DNA of 56,777 nt from Trypethelium eluteriae (lineage: Eukaryota), in assembly GCA_051942245.1 (NCBI GenBank), contig JAVECL010000088.1, positions 1-56,777 on the forward strand, in the 5' to 3' direction. The position numbers and the translations under genes were made by a program. This document shows, one piece after another, positions 36,812 to 47,548 of this stretch. The notes under the pieces are model-generated. The model worked only from the letters and a program-made list of their open reading frames with translations. It made no database searches and was not told the DNA's origin. Positions within the stretch are counted from its first letter, which is position 1. Every line of letters begins with the position of its first letter.

Positions 36812-36839
36812 CCAATAAAGGTACGTTGCACTTTATTGG
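36812..36839. terminator. Palindromic, bidirectional poly(A)-signal hairpin between convergent MSL1 and ATG10
   Basis: CCAATAAAG-gtacgttgca-CTTTATTGG: perfect 9-bp inverted repeat, giving AATAAA on both strands. Confidence 0.55.
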
Positions 36840-36905
36840 CGCCCGGATTTAGTTATCTGGTGATTTCCAGTGATGATTTGTTGAGAGGGAGTGATACAGG
36901 GTCTC

Positions 36906-37743
36906 TTAAGAGTCCTGTTCTAGACCCTCCAATTTCAAAGCGAGGACAGTGGGAATGTACAGCCCCACAACGGGGCCAACGATCCCCATCCAGAGCTGCA
37001 GGTATTGAAGTGGTGTCAGCGCGGTGGTTTGCTCTGCAGCATGATGCAACGCTTCGGCAGTGTTGCATGGGTGAACGAAGAATGCTGGAGTACCCTCAAT
37101 TGGATGGTCCTAACGTGTTATAGTCATCAGTTTGATTCCAGTAGCATATAGGACAATTGAAAATGGCCTACTGTCATTGTTATCCCACCAACGATACCGA
37201 CTACTTTGACCTCGTGATGATGGTCGTGAGGCACTATGTACCGAAAGACTGTATCAATGGGGTTCTCATTTCGGACTGTAGCGTCTCGAAGCCTGAAGTA
37301 GACCACAGGTACTCTGTAGATTGGCGAGAGTATTACGTCGTAGTCTACTCGGGGAACCCGACTCGTAGCAACAGGATTCTGGAGAGCCTCCTGATTATGA
37401 TTAGCCACACAATATGCATTATCAAATAGAAAGATGGACAAGACCGGATCGTCCTCTTCGAATTCATGAACTACGGAATTATCCTCTTGGTCTGCTATAC
37501 TGTCTGGAGCTACTAATTGTCTACTGACTCTGAGATATCGCTGACCGAGCTATCGGAAATTTTCAGCTTCCCTATCACGCAATAATCTGATTTTACATAG
37601 ACATGGCGTACATGGCTTTTCACCTCAACAGCAGTCCAACCAGTTGAAACATCCTGCAGCCGATAAAAGGCTTCTTGGAGGTGGTTGAAAGCCAAATCTA
37701 GCTCGTCATTCGACGCCAAAGGGAAATCGGCAACGGTTGACAT
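36906..37743 (-). CDS. ATG10: Atg10 E2-like autophagy conjugating enzyme
   Basis: YDVILSPIYRVPVVYF, GGITMT, catalytic PAFFVHPCNTAEAL, LWMGIVGPVVGL; ATG 37743, TAA 36906-36908; internal introns. Confidence 0.88.
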
Positions 37744-37999
37744 GGATTTCGCATGAGGGTGATAGAGATCGACTCGGAGAGGACCTTGAGATCTCGAGAT
37801 GGATGGGACATCGCTGCGCGGAAACGAGCGACACGGCGGGGAGGAGGGCTTCGGCACCGGCTCCGCTGTGGCGTTCTGATCACCTCAAGTAGTTCTAGCA
37901 CGGTAGACACCGCTATTCCGCATCCGAGAGATTCTAGGCATCCTTCGAAAGCTAATCAATTATTCGGGACGCGTCGAGAAGTTGACACAAGAAAGCGTC

Positions 38000-38063
38000 A
38001 GGACAGGAGTGACAGGAGTGACAGGAGTGACAAGAGTGACAAGAGTGACAAGAGTAACAGACA
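38000..38063. repeat. 9-bp minisatellite (GACAGGAGT)3(GACAAGAGT)3 plus partial units
   Basis: Directly visible: ggacaggagtgacaggagtgacaggagtgacaagagtgacaagagtgacaagagtaacagac, between the divergent ATG10 and CHK2 genes. Confidence 0.9.
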
Positions 38064-38474
38064 GCGTCACGCCCCTTACAAAGTCGTCAAAGCTGGTAGT
38101 CAACATCGGCCGATTGAGGATTTCATCCCTCAACCGTTGCCAGAGTCTCTTCCTGGGCCTAGGTATCCAGTCCCGGTGCCCCGTCACTTACAGGGTCTGG
38201 CACAGGATGCACAATCATTTCTGTGACTGATACGACTGGACTGGATAGTTGCCTGACTGGCCCGGGCCACCCCAAGCTACCTGCCCCCACTACCTCATTT
38301 GTTCGAGTTTGTCGAACCACTTGAGTCTATATACACCACCGGCCCGTGCCATTGCTCCCTTCCACCCATCTCATCAATCCCGTGGCAGCACTTGCATATC
38401 AACGTCAGTAGCTGCCCGGTCGATTACCCCTTTCCGTCTTCATCCGCCTCTATCTTTCGGATCATTAGATAACC

Positions 38475-40785
38475 ATGTCTCCTACCGCTGAAAACACCCA
38501 ACTCAAACGCGGCCGAGTACTCCCACCCAATCCATCCAAATAAAGATTTGCACTGACGTCTTGTCTGTAGCCCTCTGTTGGCGAGGAAGCCGATGCGAAG
38601 AAACCTCGCCGCTCACAGCGCATTTCCTCTCGTGAGGATTTGAAAGCCGGCGATCAACCGGCGCAACCAGCACAACTACTCTCACCAATTACGCATTCAG
38701 ACTCGACAGCTACGGAGCAAATGAAGCAGTCGACCGCGAGCCCCGATCACCAACCAGATGACCCATCCCAAACCAGACAGCCAACTCCTCGTTCCAGTCC
38801 TCCTGCCAATGGTCTCTCGTCGCCACCCCAAGATACCCAACCATTTTCTCAATTCATCTATCCGCCCCGAGGTCGCTACTGGGAGGTTGAAGATGAGACA
38901 ACGGAAGGTGTTTGGGGTTACTTGCTTCCTGTGGATGACAGACTTGGCAGTCCATTAGTGTTGAAACAACGAACGGCCTGCCCGAAACCGTCTCGAAGCA
39001 CCAGCGGAACAGATGGAAAGCAGCATGTTCGCCGAGATGAGTACGAGAAGAACGAAGAGGAGTATGAGCAGAATAAAATCAAAGGAGTTCCATCAGGAGG
39101 GTACCTAATAGGTCGACACCCGGAATGCGGTAATTGATTTTGTAACATCTCATATTTGAGCTCGCACTGATGTGAGATTGCGCGCAGATCGAATGGTGAA
39201 TGATCCAGTGGTTTCGAATCGACATGCACTATTCTTCAGCGAGAATAGAGGCGGCGGCACTGTGGCCATCCTAGAAGATCTCTCTGGCAACGGGACTTTC
39301 GTCAACGAGGCGCTTGTCGGCCGCAACAAGCGTCGTGAGCTCGAAGATGGAGACGAGATATCTATAGTAAACGAGGCTCGCTTTGTTTTCCGATATCCCC
39401 ACAGCCGAGAGACGAGCGCATTCAAGCAAAAATATCAAATCCTCGAACAGCTTGGTAAAGGCCATTTCGCAACGGTGTTTTTGTGCATAGAAAAGGATTC
39501 GGGTCATCGGTTCGCGGTCAAGAAATTTGAGAAGCGATCTGGGCCTTCTGAACGCTCCAAAGTTGATGGGCTCCAGCAAGAAGTCGCGGTGCTCATGGGC
39601 GTGAGCCACCCAAGTGTGCTCTGTCTAAAAGATACTTTCGATGAGAATGATGGATTCTACCTTGTTCTCGAGCTAGCTCCGGAGGGCGAGCTGTTCAATT
39701 GGATTGTGATGAAGCAGAAATTGACAGAAGCAGAGACAAGAAAGGTGTTTGTTCAACTATTCCAAGGCATCAAATACCTGGTAAGTCTCTCGATACGTAC
39801 TGGATGCATTCCTTCAAGCTGACATGTATGAACAGCATGAGCGAAACATAGTTCATCGTGACATCAAACCCGAAAACATACTCCTAACAGATAAAGACCT
39901 AAATGTGAAATTAGCCGACTTCGGACTTGCAAAGATCATTGGCGAAGAGTCTTTCACGACTACTCTGTATGGTTTCCTCATGTCCAAGAATAAGGCAGTG
40001 TTTGCTAACAGGACTTCTACAGCTGTGGCACTCCCTCCTACGTCGCCCCCGAAATCCTCGAACAATCCAACCACCGCCGCTACACCCGCGCCGTCGACGT
40101 CTGGTCCCTCGGCGTCGTCCTCTATATCTGCCTCTGCGGCTTCCCTCCTTTCTCCGACGAGCTCTACTCGGCCGAAAACCCATACACCCTCTCGCAACAG
40201 ATCAAAGCCGGCCGCTTCGACTACCCGTCACCCTACTGGGACTCGGTCGGCGACGCCGCACTCGACCTCATCGACCGCATGCTCACCGTCTCCGTCGACC
40301 AGCGCATCTCCATCGACGACTGCCTCGAGCATCCCTGGACCGTCGGCTCCGAACTCAGCACGGGTATGCTCAACCCCACCGACAGCACTGACGGCCTCAC
40401 GGGCGCCATCCAGCACCTTGACTTCCAGCATCGCAAGCCGGTCCGCGAGCGCACCCTCTTGGCTAGCCTTAACGATGTCAAGATCACCCGCGTGGTCGGC
40501 GAGCCGGATCATGATCGTGACCGCCGGAACCGGCCGATCAAGGTGTTCGAGAAGAACCCGGGGAAGCCCGTGGCGTCGGAGAAGACGCACCCGGTGCAGG
40601 CGGGAAATGGAGAGTTTAGCGATCAGAAGGGTGGTAATATTGATAGGGGCAAGGAGATGGATCCGGCGGGGAAGAGGAAGCCGGAGGAATATATTAGGAT
40701 GGGGGGAAAGGGGGATGTGCCTTTGTTCGGGGATGATAGCTCGAGTGTTTATGAGCCTGAGAAGATTGTGAAGGCGCATTCTTGA
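38475..40785 (+). CDS. CHK2: Checkpoint kinase Chk2/Cds1 (SQ/TQ region, FHA domain, kinase)
   Basis: TQ/SQ sites; FHA GRHPEC..VSNRH..DLSGNGTFVN; LGKGHFATV, AVKK, HRDIKPEN, ADFG, TTL|CGTPSYVAPE, DVWSLG. Confidence 0.94.
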
Positions 40786-41508
40786 AAGGAGGATGAGATG
40801 AGACGGGTGACCTTCTGCTGCTGGACCTAGCGACTAAGTGGACGGGGTATTTGGCCGGGAAGATAAGCTACTGAGTTTGGAAGGAGATGTGCTGACTTGC
40901 TTGCACTTGAGTTGCATGCCTTGCGATTGATTTTTCTACACAGTCTCGCTTTTGAAGTCGATACAAGCGTGTAACTTAGCTTTCCATCGAGGAGTTGTTT
41001 GAGGGATATCAGGCGAAGGAAAATTTCTCAGTGATTTGGCGGAAGTAGATGCCAGCAAGACACAAAGCTCCAGGTAACAATAGGAAAAATTAGAAAATAT
41101 ATACAAAGCAATTGATACTTTCATCTATCAAAAAGAATAACATTCACAGCCAGGGGCGTTGAGGCCAGTGCTAGTGCTTTCATACCATACCGCGGCTGGA
41201 GGGTTCCTCACCTGGTACTCCGTAATTAATACAATGCTACCTCAGTTTAACTGTCATGACCATATTGCCCATGTTAAGGCGGCGTTAACATGGGCCAACA
41301 AGCTCATAACAGTAAAGTCAAAATAACATTGTATTAATTATCAGTTGAGGAACCCCCCAGCCACGGTTAGGTAGTTTGATAGTCTATCTTCGTCCTACGC
41401 TACTCTCCCGGAGAAGCTACACCGAGCATTTATCGCCACCGCCAATCCACTAGACGGAAAAATTGCGTCCGTGATTTCCACTATTCTTATTCAAGCAATT
41501 CGAGAACA

Positions 41509-41532
41509 TGCGGGGTGTATATTTTGCGGGGT
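41509..41532 (+). promoter_or_regulatory. Two putative CreA/Cre1 sites (SYGGRG) upstream of the CE16 esterase
   Basis: TGCGGGGT occurs twice within 25 bp, about 150-170 bp upstream of the ATG of a secreted CAZyme. Short motif, so weak evidence. Confidence 0.3.
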
Positions 41533-41679
41533 CTAGTCGTACCTGAATAATGAGATGGCACTAAATTTGCAGAAAAAAGTCTTTGGCGATGATGATATAA
41601 GAAAGGAATATACACCTCTTGGCATACGTCTTGTAGGTCTTGACATAAATTGGAAGAAAAAAGGTACCAACTTGAAACC

Positions 41680-43029
41680 ATGGAAGCCCTCAAAATAGCA
41701 TCGATACTGCTTCTCTATGGTGTTTTTTCGGCGGCGCTACCTACCAGTAGCAAGCCCACGTTCAATTGGACAGACACACAATCGCTGTACGTACTTTATG
41801 TGATTCTCAAGGGTTAGATTCGTATTGCTTCTAAACATGGACCACAGAATCACCTTCGGCGATTCATACACCTACGTTCAAGGAATCGACGGTTATGCAA
41901 ACTCCACTTTCATAGGATCTCGACTAGACTTCGCCTTTAACGCGAGCGAGCTCTTGTCGAATAGGATTGTTCAGAACCAGGTCTGGGGCGTTCAATCTGA
42001 AAATCAGGGTAGAACTGACAAATAATGACAGACCGCAACGGCAGAAGGTGGTCCCAACTGGGTTGAATATCTCACAGGATGCGCATTGAAGCCAGGTCTG
42101 ACTGCACCCATCACCTGCAGGCCCCAACTTTGGGACTTTGCTTTTGGGGGATCGGACATCTCAGAGCAATAGTAAGCTTGTCTCGGGCTGGCTTCTCTTA
42201 AGCCAAAGGACAACATTTGCTGACAGAAACTGACAGTACACCTCTCCACCATAACTGGACAGTCTCGTTCGTCAACCAAATAAAGCAGTTCTCCGATTAG
42301 TCAGTGATCCACAAACAACGTGAACTAAGAAAGTCAAAGAACTCACAGAGCTTTTCAGCGCCCAACCTGTTCTCTCCAAATTCCTCAACCCAAGAGAAGC
42401 TCTCATTGGCGTCTGGATAGGTATGTTCTTCCTCTAGCCCCTCTGCTCTCTTGTTCTAAAGCCGTGCCAATCCTAACATCCCCAATCCCACAGGCATCAA
42501 CGACATCGGCGACTCCGACAAATACAACATCACGAAGCCCAACTTCCCCGGCTTCCCCAGCTTCTACAACACCATCCAAACCACCGAATACGCCGCCGTC
42601 CAACAACTCCACGACCGCTTCGGCTACCGCAACTTCGTCTTCTTCACTCTCCCGCCCCTCGACCGCACCCCCGGCAACGTCGCCTCCTCAGCGCCCAACC
42701 CCAACGCCACCATGGTCGGATGGTACAACTCCGGCCTCGCGTCGCACACGGCCGCCTTCGCCGCCGCGAACCCAGACTCCAACGTGATGCTGTTCGACGC
42801 GCACGCGGTGCTGGGCCGCATCTTGGACGCGCCGGCGGGGTACGGCATCCGGAATACGACGGGGTACTGTCCGGAGTATAATGCGCCGGACATCCTGACT
42901 GATCCGGAGAAGTACGGGTGTTTGCCGCAGGAGGAGTATTTCTGGTTTAATACGGGGCATCTGACGAGTCATGTGCATCGGATTTTGGCGGGGGAGTTGG
43001 AGGAGTTTTTGGTTGGGCAGGGTAAGTGA
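41680..43029 (+). CDS. Secreted SGNH/GDSL esterase, carbohydrate esterase family 16-like
   Basis: Signal peptide; ITFGDSYT, GGPNWVEYL, WDFAFGG, VWIG|IND, LPPLDRTP, YFWFNTGHLTSHVH; about five introns. Confidence 0.88.
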
Positions 43030-43510
43030 GAGGACAGGGGGTTGTTTAGGAAGGGAAGGGGGAGGACTAGGATGGAGGTTGTGGAGATCAGAAAGCTGAG
43101 TTGAGATCAGTTGTGGAAAAATATGTGTCTTTTTTTTCTCCTCTTGGTTCGAGCTCGTGTATATACAGGAAAGCTTCCATCGATCATAGGCATGGTCCTC
43201 ATTACACGTGCTGCTGTGCCGCTAAGATGGCTTGATAAAGGAAGAAGAAAACAAAGAATTTTAGATGGCTCAGAAGCGAGGCTGGAAGCGAAGTTTTTGA
43301 ACATGGTATCTTGGAAGAGGGTGATGCGAGAATATAGGAGATAAGAGATGATCGTGTGATAGATCATGAAGCGTCACTTATAGACGTTCGGAAAATGGTA
43401 GGTATCCCTAGTCCGAGGTCACTCAGAACAGAGGGAAAGGAAAATAGAGAACAGAAGGAGAAGGTAGAAAGCCTTTCTCTCAATGTGCGCGGTGCTCATA
43501 AGTCTCATGA

Positions 43511-46365
43511 TCATACTCTTTCAGTAGCACCGCTCGTCATCGCCTCCCATGAGAACTTCTGGTTGGCCTTCTTCATCGCTGAAGCGGCGAATGAGGACCG
43601 CAGCGCCCACTCTGGGCTAATCCGATTGAACATTTGCGACAGGTCTGCAAGTAGCGAAGACATGTTCTCCCGGCATAGAATGGCATCGTAGGGTGTGCCC
43701 TGACTGACCCCTGCAGGAAGCGTAAGTCGAGCCAGCTCTGACCGTTGCACTTCTTCTGCGGTGTGAGTGCACGAATACATCCATACTATGACGCCTGAAT
43801 GATGGAGTCCGATGAAGGAGAAGAGGTTCAACGTTGCACGCAGCTTTGCCGGCCTCTGTAGTTCCTTGTGGACAAGCGACCAGATGGATACGGCGTGGTC
43901 GACTGCCGCGTGGGCGCAGGGACCTTGGAGCCAGGCCATCACTGTGTCGCAAAGGCTTCGCTCTGGTGCACGCTTATCGTCAAGACAATAGGATAAGCGA
44001 TGAAGACTCTCGATGGGAGCGTTAATCCGGAGATAGCTGATGTGATACAGAAGCAATCCAGTCAACAGGAAATGCCGCTCATGCTCGAGCTGTCGCCGGG
44101 TCTGACCGCGCATAAAAGACTGCTTCCACTTTTGTAGGGCAAGGAAGAGGCGTTCATTGTCCGATTGCATATCCTTCATTCTGTGGGTCGAGTAATCCAG
44201 GAAGTCGTCCGAGAGGGGTAGAGTTGATTTGGCGCCTAGACCTGCAGATCTCATCTGCGCGGTTTGTGCCAGGTTGGTGTCCTCGAGCCCTGATCTAGCT
44301 TGTTGGTGTTGTGGGGGTGTTGCAGAACCAGTCAGCCGTTGAACAGCATTGGTGTCATTACAAAACCGCCAGACGGCTTGCTGCAGTCCGAAGATCAAGA
44401 CTTCGTGCTCTGGAGGTTCGAGGTTGGGCAGGTCTTCTTCTCGATCCAATGCAACGCGGACAAGGTCAGAGAGCCAGATGCCTGGCTCATGTTGATTGAT
44501 TAGATACTCCATTCGCTTTTCGACCTCATTCATGTTGTCCGTGTTAATGTTATAAGAGTATGACGAAGCTTCGATGTCCAGTTCTTCAAACGAGATGAAT
44601 GGTCTCGTGGCCAACAAGACTGACATATAAACGTCGGCACGGAAGATACCATAAGCAATTCTTGTCTTCTCCTCCAGTACAGCCCATGCAGCGACCCTCT
44701 GCTCATAATCTTGCGCCCTTTCCATTGTCTGGATATGCTTCGGCCGATATCGTCGGGCAGAAAAAAGGTTCATGCGTCTTGCTTGAGCAACCAGTATACA
44801 ACCAAGATGTTGAGCGTACGAAAATGCGCGTCTTTGTCCAAAGTACAAAGCTTGTAATTGCGTCAAGAGCAGGGCTTGGCACAACCAAACCGGCTCTTGC
44901 TCAGATTCAGCAAACTCGCAGGGTCGCATTAAAAGCGCAGACCGGATACGCTCGTGCATGACAGAACCATAAGCATTCCCACAAACCCCCTCGTACATGG
45001 CACCGATGCTGGACATGACGAGGTATAGGATTGGATGCATGTGATTGAGATCCGATTTCTTTCGGCGGACGAATAGCGTCCAGAGAACATGGAAGCGTTC
45101 GAAGTAGATTTCAACGAAGTGTTGAAGGATGTGCGGAGCGGCACTCTTATCACTAAAGCGCGAATGACCATAGAAGGCCCTTTGCACTTGGACGGCCATA
45201 GACGCCCAAAATGCGCCATGATCCTCTCGACGCGCTCCTTGGGTCATGGCGAAGTTTTGGGCGTAGTCAACGAGTTCTTCCGCAACTCTCGTTTGCGCAG
45301 TCGAGCTCTTTGAATCTCTTGATATTAAAGGTCTGCTTTGCTCCGTGGCCCCGCCATTAAGGAGATTCGTCTTGGCTATCGTAAGTGAGCAGGTGATACT
45401 GGCAGAGAGGATTGAGGAAGCTTACAGAAAGAATTGGAGGAAGGGGTCGCCTGAAGAGCCCTGGCGTCATTGTTGGACGGCGTCTGGAACGCTGAAGCGT
45501 CAGAACTATGTATTAGTGAATTTCCACTAACTCCCGCAAATGCAAACGCGGAGTTCGATGGTAATGACTGTTGTTGTGGAAGTGGAGCACTATTTGCCAG
45601 GCCTTCCGGAGATTGAAATCCGATGACTGATGATGGGTCGGTCTGGAAGAATAGGTCTTGATGGAGCCACTGCCAGTCTGGAACATTCATGAAAGCGTAG
45701 TCCATTGCAGCATCGGGGAGACCTTGTGCTGCCCCAGTGTCCATATCTGACAGGCCATACCGCTGAGGCGCACCTGCAAGGACTTCCGTGGGATATGCAG
45801 TACCATCGGTACCGGGTCCCAAGAAGCCCGAATTTATGTCCATAGCTGGAGCGCGAGTACCCCCGTTCGAGGCGTGGTTGGGAGATACGACGGAGGCTGG
45901 AGGAGTGAAGATGTCGGTGACATTGGAGGAGGCCTGATCCGAGGTAGCGGTCAAGCGACGAATGGGTTGTTCTGGCGAAGCTTCCGACGAAGAATGGACT
46001 GAAGATGCAGACGCTCCCGGGGATACTTGATGGCTCAGCCGACTAGACGCCTGTTCATATGTACACTGTTTTCTCTTCTTAGATACGCATGTCGAACAAG
46101 GTTGTTTTCCGTCACACTTCGCACGGGCTCGGCGGCATTGCACACAGGCAGTATGACAGCGTTGACGGTCGTGTTTGCTGGTCGAGGTGGCGTTGTCGTC
46201 GCCTTCGTGGATGCGACTGTGTCGGAGATAGACGTCTTTGCGGTAGAAGACTACGCCGCAGACGTCGCAACGATGCTGGGTGTCGCGGCCTCCATGGTTG
46301 CGCTCATGTCGAGTCAGAGAGTTCTTCGTTGGATAGCTCTTCGGACATTGCTTGCACTGGAACAT
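43511..46365 (-). CDS. Transcription factor with 2x C2H2, Zn2Cys6 and fungal-specific TF domains
   Basis: FQCKQCPKSY..LTRHERNH, CDVCGVVFYRKDVYLRHSRIH, ACVQCRRARAKCDGKQPCSTC..C. Intron 45425-45376 joins to the ORF containing FVEIYFERFH and EEKTRIAY. Confidence 0.9.
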
Positions 46366-47548
46366 GGGCGTCTCCGAAGACTGGTAGACTGGTAGACTGG
46401 GGATCGAGCGGGTGAGGAGGGCCCAGGCCTTCCAGATGGGGACCGGGAGGCAGCCTGCGAAATCCCGAGAAAGCAATGGAGGAAAAGTGGGCGGCGGTGG
46501 GTTGTGATTTATGTAGGAGCGATGTCTGCTGCGCGGTGCTGCCAGGGATGGCGCATGCATAGCACATACCTTACTACCTTATGTACATGTGCTATTAAGC
46601 GAAGCAGGCGGTCCCCGCAAATGCTGCCGTGGCCACGGGTGTGCCATCATCCCCATCATCATTGCCGCACGCTACTTCAGCCTCGAAGCCGCTTGCATTC
46701 CACTTGGATTGGAGCCGGCCATTACTAATGACCGCAAGAAGTGCTTTCTTTTCTGTCCCTCAGCCTCTCATGCTCCTCCCTAGGCCCCATTTTCGTCGGG
46801 CAATGTGTCTCACCCTGCATGTTGCAGCGCTTTTTTCGCTTGTTCACCCTGACATCCAATCCTATCTCAGGAAATAAAAACCCTAACGACTAATTGCATC
46901 AGCTAAACCCCATGCCAAGACGACTTCAGCCTTGGGGCACAGCAGCTTAACAAATGCGCTTTGCGGTCAACCCCAGCTATCTCTCCTGAGCTGATTTTCG
47001 GCCTCCGCAAGAGCTCATCTCAGCTCGTCTCTAACCACCCTTCAAACTGCAAGCTACCTTTTCCGTGGATTTATCTGAGCTTTTTCAACCCCACGAAGAT
47101 GCGACGCGTCGGAATTCCGAAAAAGCCGACAAGTCGGGGTTTAGGATCCTGATGCCTCGAACAGACAGGGAACTGTGCATCCTCCTTCGAGAGTTGGGGT
47201 CCATCGCTCGCTGTGCAAACGCTACTATAACGAGTAGGACTTCTTCTGGGCACTCTCTTACTTCTGCCGAGTCACGCGAGTTTGCAGCTTGAGGCACATG
47301 GCACGGGAGAACTACGGATATGCAGATCTTCCCGTCTGCGGTTTTGGGGTACAGGACCTCCTAGTGCTTCTAGTGCACGGCTGGGCTTCGATCCGCCTGA
47401 GCGCCAGATCGGATAGCCTGGAAACCTCACACTTTCCTAACCCAATCCACTTTCAGAAGAACACAAAACATTGCTATCCATTTGCACTGCCACGCTGCTT
47501 ATATGGTACATCATATCTTTCTCGTCTGAAGCTTAATCGTACCTTCCA

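Noticed and set aside
46879..46888. AACCCTAAC as a telomerase template or telomeric seed
   Set aside because: Only 1.5 repeat units, in a ~1.2-kb divergent promoter; no pseudoknot or CR4/5 that I can support.
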